A stretch of DNA of 61,906 nucleotides, the filler included, from Callorhinchus milii (Eukaryota): NCBI RefSeq assembly GCF_018977255.1. It is 2 parts of 2 records of this genome, joined end to end, with 100 filler letters (N's around TTAATTAATTAA, not from the genome) between each part and the next. Parts side by side here need not be neighbours in the genome. Positions count along the whole stretch, not along the records: positions 31,037 to 61,906 come from NW_024705624.1; 1 more part is not named here. One strand, given 5' to 3'. Of the stretch, positions 40,502 through 50,826 are shown piece after piece (the stretch's first letter is position 1; the number at the start of each line of letters is the position of its first letter). The translations under genes and the position numbers were made by a program. The notes beneath the pieces were generated by a model. That model worked only from the letters and a program-made list of their open reading frames with translations, was not told the DNA's origin and made no database searches.

Positions 40502-42097
40502 AGGCCTGAACCTGTGCAGTTGCTTGCACATGCACCACAGTAATGTAACCATCACTCCGCGAGAATCAAAACTGCTTATGTACGAAAGAAGTTCAACATA
40601 CATGCATACAATGTTGCCAGAACTCAGAAGCTAAGCAGGCCTGAGCCTGTGCAGTTGCTTGCACATGCACCACTCGACCACTCGACGAGAATAAAAACTG
40701 CTGCTGTTGTTAAAATGTGTATCTGTGAATCCTGTGCGCACGTCTGTCCATCCTAGGTGTGCGCGCGTATGGTGTGTGTTTTACCTCCATCGCCCATTTC
40801 GATTCCGTTGCGGCAGACCTGAAAAGAGACGTGCATGTCGATAAATTAACACTTTATAATAATAAAAACTTGTGGTTTTTAAGCGGTGCTTCTGCACACG
40901 ATCCTCCCCCCACTGCCGCCATCTCCCACCTCCTCTCCCTCCACCTACTTTTGCTTCTGCAAACAAATCGCTACGTGCGCAGATGAATGACCGACAATAA
41001 TTCCGTGCGTGCCACGCTGCCCAGACTGCCCGAGAGGTACGAGCAGGCGTAATAAAAATATATTTCATGACAAAAGCTACAAACATAATTTGGAAATTTC
41101 CTCGTTCCAATAATAAGTGTTCAGCTGTTGGTTTGAGGCAAACATCGCAGTGGTAGACTGACTGTATGCCTTCTCTCGAGATAAACCTACATGCAGTATA
41201 TTGTATACATATTGCAACCACACAGCATGTGTGTCTCTCTGAAGGATAAAGCGAAAAGTGTACATTTTACTGTCATTTTTTTCAAAACGACCTCTTAACA
41301 AATCTGCAAAAATACAAGCAAGCCCGATCATCAACACAAAACGAGTACAGGCTGGAATACCAAACAACATGCAGTTACGTGTACACAGAACTCGGCGTCT
41401 GTGCATTATGTAGAAAACCATCAGCAGTTCCTGAAGAATTGAACTGTAATCCTCTTGTCTGTGGTCACCGTCAAATAAAAAATTAAAAAATTAAATGAGC
41501 GACTGACAGCAGCGGTGATGCAGTGATTGGCAACCGTTGACAGGTTTCGTCATTGCTAGGACTCATCAGTACGATATAGCCACCAATGCTCCCTGCTGCA
41601 ATGTCTGCCGATGGAGCCCATGAGCTTGGCTGAATGCCAACATAATTCAAACCTGTAAATGACGGAAACCATTGTTTCTGTTGAGTTGCCATTTTATCAT
41701 CATTTCCATATTCGAATTTGAATTTCTGCTTTTGTATAAACAGTACTCAGTAGACTCTCAATTATCCACGCTAATGATGGGGAGAACAGCCGCGGATAAT
41801 CCACAAATATCCAGTTTCGCGGATCTATATGCCAAAAACCACTAATATAGGTATCAATTAAAACTCATAAAATAAATGAGCAGATAAATCACTAAAAATT
41901 AAACTGACAATTTTAATTGTTACTCTTTCTATTTAGAACGAATACTAATGATCGACTGATCGATGCGCGTGCTCAGCGATAACACTTTCCTGCTCCCGTA
42001 CGGAAGAGTCCGCCCACTAAGTGGACAGCAGCGGAGCCACACCACTCAAAATCAATCAAACTCCACCCACTGTTGTAAGATATGCGACTACTGTATT

Positions 42098-44150
42098 GTA
42101 GGTATAATGGCGGGATGTACCATTTCTCCATTGGCATTCATAATGGCAATGGAGGTTATCATCAGATCCTCAAAATGGGTTGCTGGTGGACAGCGAGTCG
42201 ACTCTGGTTTTCGCCTCCCTCCACTCAGAGCCTACATGGACGACATTACAACATTGACCACCACTGTCCCATGCACCAGGAGACTGCTCAGAAAACTCGA
42301 GGAGAACATCAGCTGGGCCCGTATGAAGATTAAACCATCCAAGTCACGCAGCATCTCGATTGTGAAGGGAGTACTCTGTGACCTGAAATTCTTCATCGGA
42401 GATGACCAAATCCCAACAGTGTCTGAGCAGCCGGTAAAAAGCCTTGGAAGGTGGTATGATGCAAGCCTGAAGGACAAAGACCAGGTGCAACAGCTGCGCA
42501 AAGACATCAGTAGTAGCCTACAGTCCATCGACAACACCCAGCTACCTGGAAAGTTAAAGGCCTGGTGTCTGCAGTTTGGTCTCCTACCCCGGGTGTTGTG
42601 GCCCCTAGCAGTGTATGAGGTTCCAATCTCAACAGTGGAGAAGATGGAAAGAGGAGCCACGAGCTACTTAAAGAAGTGGCTCGGAGTTCCACGATGCCTT
42701 ACCACCATAGGCCTCTATGGAGATGGTGTCCTCAAGCTGCCCCTCACCAGTCTAACCGAGGAATTCAAGTGTGCAAAAACCAGGCTCCAGATGACACTGA
42801 ATGAATCTCGAGACCCAGTGGTGAGCAACAACGCGCCGACCTTGGCAACTGGGCGCAAATGGAGGCCAGGAAAAGCAGTCCAGGAGGCAACAGCAGCCCT
42901 CAGACATGCTGACATTGTGGGTCATGTTCAGCAAGGGAGAGGAGGCCTTGGGCTAACTAGCCGTGCTGCTTGGAGTAAGGCCACTGCACCAGAGCGGCGG
43001 AAGATGGTAGTGCAGGAAGTACGCCATCAGGAGGAGGCTGCAAGGTGGGCCAAGGCAGTCTCTCTTGCCAAACAAGGACAGTGGACTCGATGGGACAGTG
43101 TGGAGAAGAGGAAGATCAGCTGGAAGGATCTGTGGGCCATGGAAGCGAGGCGGTTGAGCTTTTCCATCAGAGCAACATATGACATCCTTCCAACACCAGT
43201 TAATCTTCACCAATGGTATGGTGAAGATCCGGACTGTGCCCTCTGTTCCATGCCAGCCAACCTCAGGCACATTCTCACAGGGTGTAAAACAAGCCTCACC
43301 CAAGGACGCTACACTTGGCGTCACAACCAAGTCCTTAAAAACCTTGCGTCCGCCCTGGAGGACAAGCGAGCTGCCACCAACTCCCTACCACCCCCAGCAG
43401 CATCACACCCCTTACGGACGACCTTTGTCCGCGAAGGGGCTAAACCACCGAAGAGCGGCTCTACACCAATAGAGCGAGACCAGCTGCGCTTGGCCCGCGA
43501 CTGGAAAATGCTAGCTGACATTGGCCGGCAACTTGTGTTTCCTCCGGAGATCGCAACCACCACCCTAAGACCTGACATGGTGCTCTGGTCCCGTTCGCTC
43601 AAGAAGGTCTTCATCATTGAGCTCACAGTACCCTGGGAGGACTCAGTAGATGAGGCTTATGAGCGAAAACATCTGCGCTATGCCGATCTAGCTGCCGAAG
43701 CACGGCATCATGGCTGGAACACAGAAGTCCGACCAGTGGAGGTGGGCTGCAGAGGTTTTGTGGCAACATCTACAACCAGACTGCTTAGAGACCTGGGAAT
43801 TAAGGGCCAGAGCCAGCGTTCGGCAATCAAAGCTGTATCGGAGGCGGCAGAAGGCAGCAGTCAGTGGCTCTGGATGAAGAGGAAAGACCCCAGCTGGGCC
43901 CCAAAGTGAGAGGGCCAGGAGGTATGCAGTCAACAATGCTTGACTCAGGGAGGAGGACGCCCCTGCCATGCATAGTCCCATGGGATGTTGGCTACCAACA
44001 ACAAGGCAACTCCTATGACTAATTGGGAATGGGACGCAAGCGTAGGATTGATCACCCTGTCGCTGGCCGCCTTTGGGGAGGGTGTATAGTATGAAAGGCC
44101 GAAACACCCTAGGAACCAAAGGTCACTACTGACGATGCGCTCCCCAAATT
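42098..44150 (+). mobile_element. 5'-truncated HERO-clade (REL endonuclease) non-LTR retrotransposon with 3' UTR
   Basis: RT homology starts abruptly at GIMAGCTISP (~42100) and the ORF stays open to 43909. A ~240-bp 3' UTR follows. Confidence 0.88.
42101..43909 (+). CDS. HERO-type RT C-terminal half, CCHC finger and restriction-like endonuclease (partial ORF)
   Basis: LRAYMDD (RT), CALC...HILTGC (zinc finger), YTWRHNQVL, and RPDMVLWS...IIELTVPWE (PD..E REL). Residues upstream in ORF 41963 are read-through from the flank. Confidence 0.9.
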   Translation, partial: GIMAGCTISPLAFIMAMEVIIRSSKWVAGGQRVDSGFRLPPLRAYMDDITTLTTTVPCTRRLLRKLEENISWARMKIKPSKSRSISIVKGVLCDLKFFIGDDQIPTVSEQPVKSLGRWYDASLKDKDQVQQLRKDISSSLQSIDNTQLPGKLKAWCLQFGLLPRVLWPLAVYEVPISTVEKMERGATSYLKKWLGVPRCLTTIGLYGDGVLKLPLTSLTEEFKCAKTRLQMTLNESRDPVVSNNAPTLATGRKWRPGKAVQEATAALRHADIVGHVQQGRGGLGLTSRAAWSKATAPERRKMVVQEVRHQEEAARWAKAVSLAKQGQWTRWDSVEKRKISWKDLWAMEARRLSFSIRATYDILPTPVNLHQWYGEDPDCALCSMPANLRHILTGCKTSLTQGRYTWRHNQVLKNLASALEDKRAATNSLPPPAASHPLRTTFVREGAKPPKSGSTPIERDQLRLARDWKMLADIGRQLVFPPEIATTTLRPDMVLWSRSLKKVFIIELTVPWEDSVDEAYERKHLRYADLAAEARHHGWNTEVRPVEVGCRGFVATSTTRLLRDLGIKGQSQRSAIKAVSEAAEGSSQWLWMKRKDPSWAPK

Positions 44151-45194
44151 TCACCAGGCTCACTGTTCATGAACTCTTGGAAGTGCTTGCACAAAGGATA
44201 GTAACATCTCATCCTGTGTTCTTTGGAATCTGGACAAAGGTGCTCCGGAGCGGCTGCTGACCGACCAGGGCAAAAATGTTTCCGGCAAACTACTCCAACA
44301 AGTTTGTGAGCTCCTGGGCACGAAGAAAATTCGTACCTCCCCGTATCACCGCAAACTGACGGGATGGTCGAGCGTCTGCATCGAACCATCACGTCAATGT
44401 TGTCACAGCAGGTTTCGGACTCACAGACCGATTGGGACCTGAAAATTCAAGGGGTCTTGGCGGCATACCGGATGGCACCCCATGCAGCTACGGGATTTTC
44501 CCCCTTCTACCTCATGTACGGCCGCGAACCTGACCCGCCTGTTCGTGCCCAGCTGCAGATCCCCGCGCCGCAGGGTAAAACTAAATTGGCTGACCATGTA
44601 AAATTTAATCTGGCCAAATTAACAGAGGCACGGGATGCTGCCATGCAAAACTCTGACCTCCGTCAGAAAGCGAATGAGCGGCTCAGACTGGGTCGGGCGC
44701 ACATGCTGCAGTGAAGCCGGGGGACAAGGCATGGCTGCACTGTCCCAGGTGCCACTTGCAACCTCCTCTAAGCTGGTGCGGCCGTGGCGGGGCCCTGTGG
44801 AGGTGGTCGAGGTTTTGCGACCGCAGTGCGTGCGCATCAAATGGGGAAGCGGCGGTGGTTCGTGCACCCCTCTAGATTAAAACCCTTCGTTGCGGTACAC
44901 ATCCCCACTTCACACACGCGTGGCCAAACATGTGGGGGGTCGACCGACTCGCTGGGTCCGTCTCTGTCGCTCTCACCTAATGCCTTGCCGGCTGTGCCAC
45001 CTCCAGGTGCATCAGGAGTGACGGGCTCACGCCCGATCACCCCTCCTGGGGATGCCAAGGGTCACGCGGCATCGGATGAGGACTCACTCCGAGACGGACA
45101 GTTGCCACCTGACGGTCCGCCACCCGGGGTTACCCCGTGTGAGGGGCCCGCTGCAAGGACGCGCGCTAAAATGCGCAGACTGTTGTGAGGCCGG

Positions 45195-45370
45195 AAGATG
45201 TGTACATAGGTTGTGTTCATTGTGTGTTGTGTTGGTGGTGTGTTCCCTGCTCATTGGATGTACATATGTTGGGTTCACCATGTGTTGTGTGTGTGGTGTG
45301 TTCCCTGCTCATTGGATGTACATATGTTGGGTTCACCATGTGTTGTGTGTGTGTGGTGGGTTCCCTGCAA
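45195..45370 (+). repeat. ~58-bp tandem repeat, about 3 copies
   Basis: ggatgtacatatgttgggttcaccatgtgttgtgtgtgtggtgtgttccctgctcatt repeated. Confidence 0.85.
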
Positions 45371-45619
45371 ATTGTATATAGGCTGTTTTTACGGAATTCG
45401 TATTTATTCGGGGGGGGGGGGGTGCGTCGGGTTGTTTTCTCTTCTTGCTGTTGCGTTCTTGTTGTGTTCTTGTTGTTGTTCTTGTTATTGTTGAAAAATA
45501 GTGAGGCACACGCGCGGTCAGGGGGTAAATGCACTTTTATTGTCATTTTTTTTTGTATGTTGGCAGCCGGGACGGCTGCAAGCTATGCGGGGGGGGGGGG
45601 GGGGGGGCGGGGGCGGTGA

Positions 45620-46204
45620 TGTAGGGGTGTTAGAGAGAGAGCCCGTTATGCATGGCAGCTTATGGCAAACAAACACAGTGGGCGGGGCTACGTGAGTGCA
45701 CGGGGAGGTGCTCTCTATGACGTCCGCGCCAGGCACCCTGGGGGGGCTGATTCGGAGTTATGATCCCCCGGGGCCCCACCCCTCAGCGGGGGGTTGGGTA
45801 TAAAAGGGGATGTGTCGGAGGGCTCGGGGAGAGATGTTAAGCTAACCAGTGAAGACTGAAGACGTCTTAGCTAGAGCCCTGGACTCCCCTGGTTCGCCGT
45901 CCTTATCAGGGCCGAACAGGACCGAGCCAGCGGCGTGGTCCCGAGAGCCAGAGCCGGTGCTCTTGTCAGAGCTGGTCTGTGACTCAGGGTACCGGGCCCG
46001 ACTTACCAGTGTCGGGCCAGATAGCCTTCCTAGCCCGTTAGTGGAGGACTAGGAGGCAGGCTAGGAGTAGCTAGCGCGTGTATCCCCAGCTAGCCGGGTG
46101 AGGGGGCCGATACCCCCTCTAGTGTTGTATGCCACTACCGTGCTGTGTGAAATAAACCCGTGTGCCTCCAACTCCGGCGTCCAAGAGTCGTGAACTCTAT
46201 TACA
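45620..46204 (+). repeat. 3' LTR (585 bp)
   Basis: TGTA...TACA termini after the PPT, TATAAAA at ~45799 and AATAAA at 46151. Confidence 0.8.
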
Positions 46205-46914
46205 CATTGGAGAAACCAAACGACATGTCTCGGACCGCATCCGTGAACATAAAGCAGACTTGAAACACGGTAGGACAAACACCTCAGCCGTGGCAGATCA
46301 CTGTTACAATTCAGTGGGCTCACATGATATTGACTTCTCCAAGACAGAGGTTCTCTGCAAGCCATCTGGCTACCATGAGAGATTCGTTCATGAGGCGATC
46401 CACATATACAAACACAGAGACAATTTCAACCGAGAAGATGGATTCTGGCTCAGCAATCATTGGAAGGACGTAATAAACCATTTCGGATCTTAACTGATTG
46501 TGTTCACGTTTACGGTGACTTTCAGACCGCGTTCCACTCACTGGCATTGACTATATATCTTGTATTCTCCGCAGGGAATGGATTCTTTGCTCCGCTGCAA
46601 GTCTCCTACCACTACTCTCCCATTGACATATTTCGTTGCTTCCTCTTAGTATCTTTCACACGACGGTCAATGGTGCAGTGTATAGTGGATTGTATAATTA
46701 TAAATAGTATAAAATTGTAATGCTTTATACAATGTACAAAGTAATATATAGTATCGTAATTGTATAGTGAATATACAGCAGTGTGATATACATTAGGGTG
46801 GATAGAATAATACATAGTGTAATATTACAATGTATAAGGTATAGGGTGATGTATAGCAATACAGTATATAATTTAATGTTGGGTTTGTCTATGGCAGTAT
46901 ATAGTACGGTGTAG

Positions 46915-47852
46915 TCATATTCTTAGGTTTTTTCGGTAAAGTAGGTAAAACATTAAAATTAATAAAAGTAAAATAAAATAAAAAATCACGACGTTTCGGA
47001 GGCAACACAAGCTTCAGTCTTCAAGTGGAATCGTCACAGCCACGACAGCTTTATCAAGTAAATGAGAGATTGCAGGAGCTACCACTCCGTTTATATAATG
47101 GTTGGAGAAGGGGGGGGGTAAGGGCCAAGTACAGCACACTTTTTATTAATATGGTAAGGTGAGGCTTAAGAGGGTGAGCCTTTGCTATGGAGAGGTACGG
47201 TTTGTGACTAAACCTGTGACAAGGAGAAAACCACTAAACATGGTAAACCTGTAATAGTTGTCTGTCAAATAAGATTGGCAAATAAGTGTAGTTAAATCTT
47301 TTTTGCATGGTTAATCACATCTTTCCAATGATTACTCAGTTTGTAACCGTCATCACGGTTGAAATTATGTTGTGTTTGTATATTTGTATGGCTTCGTGTA
47401 CAAACCTTTGATGGTAGCCAGGAGGTTTGCAGAGAACCTTTGTCTCGGAAAAGACAATTTCATGAGAGCCACCGAGTTGTAGCAATGATCGGCAACGGCC
47501 GAAGAATCAGTTCTGCCGTGTTTCAGATCTGACTTGTGCTCGCGGACACGATCAGCAACATGACGTTTCGTTTCTCCAATGTAGCAATCACCACAAATGC
47601 AACTCAATTTGTAGACTCCAGGATACTGTAAGTCAGGAACGACATCCTTCACAGATGGAATCAAATCACGGATTTTATGCACTGTACTGAATCGGACTTA
47701 GATCTTATGTTTGTTTAGAATTTTGGAGATCTTTTTGGTCACACCTGCTATGTATGGTAACGTGATAGTTTTTGGTCGGAGTTTCATGTGGCTGTTTCTG
47801 TGTGGTGGAGAAACAGCTTGGCGGATAGTGCAGTCAGAGTATCAAATCTAGA
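46915..47852 (-). mobile_element. Nested Penelope-like element (GIY-YIG and pLTR) with 12-bp TSD
   Basis: PGVYKLSCICGDCYIGETKR peptide. agtacggtgtag at 46903-46914 and 47853-47864. Confidence 0.85.
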
Positions 47853-48337
47853 AGTACGGTGTAGACTCGTGTATTGTAAGAGAATAAAGTTTAGCTGGAA
47901 GCATATTATATTTTTTGCGACATAGAATTGTAATGTATTACTTACTGTTAGTAAACTCATCTTATTGGAGAGTATATTTAGTATACTGATGATACTATGT
48001 AGTTTATACTTTAGTTGTTTACGTGGTGGTTTAGTTACTGCAGCTACATACTATTAACACTCCTTCCCTTTATTAATGTTAACCCTATCTCTCCCTTTGA
48101 TGCTGCTAATCCTGCATAATGCACGGCATAATGACTTTAAACCCCTTGCCAAACCTCCTACGCATTTCACAAGTAGTACTAATCGCATATCTGCATTTCA
48201 CATAAATATGCTAAATTCCTCTTGATATGCAAATTATTTTGTCAAGGCGCTCTTCGCCCCTCCATCCCAGCTTAAATAGTCGCTCCAAGCCTGGGGCGTG
48301 TCATTTAGACTCTTGTCTTCTCGACAGACCTGTTCTC

Positions 48338-48378
48338 CACCTGAGGACGGCTGCTTGCATTGTGGGCGAAACGTCGTG
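48338..48378 (+). ncRNA. Minimal hammerhead ribozyme (PLE)
   Basis: cac-CTGAGGA-c-ggctgc-loop-gtgggc-GAAAC-GTC-gtg. Confidence 0.65.
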
Positions 48379-48496
48379 AGAATTATTTGATTATGTTTTA
48401 TTTTTATTATTTTATTATTTCCATTCTACGTGACTACCGAAAGAACCTAGAAGATGAATCCCTGCAGTCACGAAAGCTTAATTCAAAAGGTTTAGG

Positions 48497-48930
48497 ATGA
48501 TAATTCGTTTTTTACACTTCTATCTGGCAACAAAACTGACACCTTTTTTTACAAGGAGTCATGTTTGCATGGACCACAATACCTGCAGCCATAATGCAAA
48601 AAAAAACACAACTCTGATAATATATGCACTGTCCTTGAAGTTGATTGGTCCACACCCGAGACAGCTTTCCTTAGAGCTTAGTCTCACATGGGTTGGACCA
48701 GATGACGCCAAAAGGTGCACAACTCAAAGGGTGTGGACCAATCAACTTCAAGGACATTGCATATATTATCAGTTATGTTTTTTGTTTGCATTATGGCTGC
48801 AGGTACCATTCTTGGATCTTTTTATCGCAAACATGACTCCTTGTAAAAAAGGTGTCAGTTTTGTTGCCAGATAGAAGGGTAAAAAAAACATTTATCATAT
48901 TTTTTGCTGGCAAATGTGGTTCCAATGGTC
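48497..48930. mobile_element. Palindromic non-autonomous element, second family
   Basis: ~160-bp inverted arms; same family as 56218-56577. Confidence 0.8.
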
Positions 48931-49054
48931 TAAATGCTTACCCCGAGCTCTCATACTCTGATGGTGCATTGCAGAATCAAACTTGGGTCACTGTTTTCGT
49001 AGTGCAGTGCGCTAACCGCTACACTACCGCTTCCCACAAAGATGAAGAATCTGT

Positions 49055-49340
49055 CGTATAGCCTTAACAGACTTATGGGGCAATGGCTGTTTTGTGAGCA
49101 CCTATGAACGCCGGAACGGCACACGAGGGGTGGGTGGCCAGCACCACGCCCGACCGCCTTTGTCTCCCTAGTGGTGATGTTTATGCATCGTATCAGGTAC
49201 TCATTTGAGGCTGAGTCGACCTAGGGGAGGCCCAGGACCAGTTCAGATAATTGTCACTGGTGTTGACCATGAGCGGGAATCGAACTCGGGTCGCCAGGTT
49301 CGTAGCGCAGCACGCTAACCACTACACTACCGCTCCCCAC
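49055..49340 (-). mobile_element. tRNA-derived SINE
   Basis: A/B boxes (tagtgtagtggttagc, gagttcgattccc) and a body shared with the 10275-10516 copy. Confidence 0.8.
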
Positions 49341-49779
49341 AATGTTTCAGTTAGTAAATTCAAGTACTCCTTTTGTTCAAATGGTGGTGTTTCTGATATT
49401 CGAAATAGGTGAAGAGACTGAAACTGGATTTATGTTTGAGGAAAAGATCATGATCGTTTTTTTAAGATTCACGAGGATGACAATTGATGTTTAATTAAAT
49501 TGAAATCGTGTTGTTTTCATGGAGAAATTTTAGACAGATGCCATCCAGGCATCCACCCTATGACCAGACTCCGCCATCCACACTTGTCTCTCGCTGCCTC
49601 GTAGCTGGCCACATGGCCTACCAACTCTGGACCAATTCTTCAACCACATCAATTCCATACACCCAGCCATCAAATTCACCATGGAGGTGGAAAGGATGGC
49701 AAGTTACCATTCTTGGATCTTTTTATCGAAAAGAGACCTGATGGCTCAATGGGACACTGTCCATCCACACTTGTCTCTC

Positions 49780-50743
49780 GCTGCCTCTCGTAGCTGGGTT
49801 AGTGCAAGGCCAGTGGTGTTCCAGATGTTGTCCATCCACCTCCTCTCGAGGTCAACCTCTGCCCTTGCTACCTTCTCAATTCCGAAGCAAGACCCATTCC
49901 TCTAGTCCAGAGGTCCTCATAACGTGTCCAAAGTATGTCAATATCTGATTCACGAATAAGGCCTCGACTAGGAGAGTAAGACCATCCTCTCTTAGGACGA
50001 ACATGTTTGATATTTTGGCTGTCCATGGTATACGTAGCATTCTTCTCCAGCACCAATTCTCAAATGCACTTTCGCTCACTCAATCTCAGTGTCCATGACT
50101 GACATCCATATAGAGCAACAGGAAATACCAGAGCTTTGAAAAGCCTCTTCTTGGTGTTTATGGTAAAGCCCTTGTCTCTCCATATCTTATTATACTGTGG
50201 CATAGCTGTTCTACCGAGAACTAGCTGCCTTCTGATCTCGTAGCTACACTCCCCATCTTCAGCAGTCAAGGAGCCCAGGAATACATTTTTCACAACTTTG
50301 ATTGGTTTATTTTCCAGACTAAATGAGTTTAGTTCGGTCGCCATTACCTTTGTTTTTTGGAGAATCCAGCCTTCTCACTAGCTTCGTTAACATTTACCAA
50401 CAGGGTCATCATTTTAGCTGGCTATTTGATAGTAGGGTGGTAATTCTAGATTTGAAGCTTTCGTGACTGCAAGGATTCATATTCTTAGGTTTTTTCGGTA
50501 AAGTCACGTAGGAATTTTTAAAAATTAATTAATAAAAGTAAAATTAGTAAAATAAAATAAAAATTAGTTTACTTTTATTAATTTTTATTTTTTATCTACG
50601 TGACTTTACAGAAAAAAAACCTTAGAATAGGGTGGTATCATCAACATATCTTAAGTTATTTATTCTTCAGCCTCCAATCTTCACACCTGCTTTGATAGAA
50701 TCCAGGCATGTCTCTTGCATAATGCGCTCACTGTACAAATTTA
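49780..50743 (-). mobile_element. RTE-clade LINE RT/3' fragment, degenerate
   Basis: INNLRYVDDTTL, LVFPVALYGCQSWTL and AFENWCWRRMLRIPWTAK peptides. Interrupted by a PLE-end insertion. Confidence 0.85.
50443..50627. mobile_element. Palindromic PLE-end insertion within the RTE fragment
   Basis: TSD tagggtggta at 50433-50442 and 50628-50637. Confidence 0.8.
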
Positions 50744-50783
50744 ATACTCTTTGGTTCTTTCGGTAAAGTCACGTAGAAAAAAA

Positions 50784-50826
50784 TCACGACGTTTCGATCG
50801 CAACACAAGCAATCGTCTTCAGGTGA
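50784..50826 (-). ncRNA. Minimal hammerhead ribozyme (PLE)
   Basis: Reverse complement: tcac-CTGAAGA-c-gattgc-ttgtgtt-gcgatc-GAAAC-GTC-gtga. Confidence 0.78.

Larger units (their letters stand above)
44230..46204 (+). mobile_element. Gypsy/Ty3 LTR retrotransposon 3' portion (integrase, PPT, 3' LTR)
   Basis: LLTDQGKN...TSPYH..TDGMVERLHRTI...GFSPFYLMYGREP integrase with frameshifts. G-rich PPT directly precedes the LTR. Confidence 0.88.
46205..48490 (+). mobile_element. Penelope-like element 3' part (GIY-YIG C-terminus and pLTR), interrupted by a nested PLE
   Basis: IGETKRHVSDRIREHKADLKHGRTNTSAVADH... Near-identical to 60766-61906. Ends with a hammerhead and the family 3' end. Confidence 0.88.

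Noticed and set aside
41963..42100. First ~46 aa of the 648-aa ORF
   Set aside because: Flanking sequence in frame by chance; the element is 5'-truncated within the RT domain.
49270..49340. Possible tRNA gene (also 10445-10516)
   Set aside because: No complete cloverleaf, and it continues into a shared SINE body.
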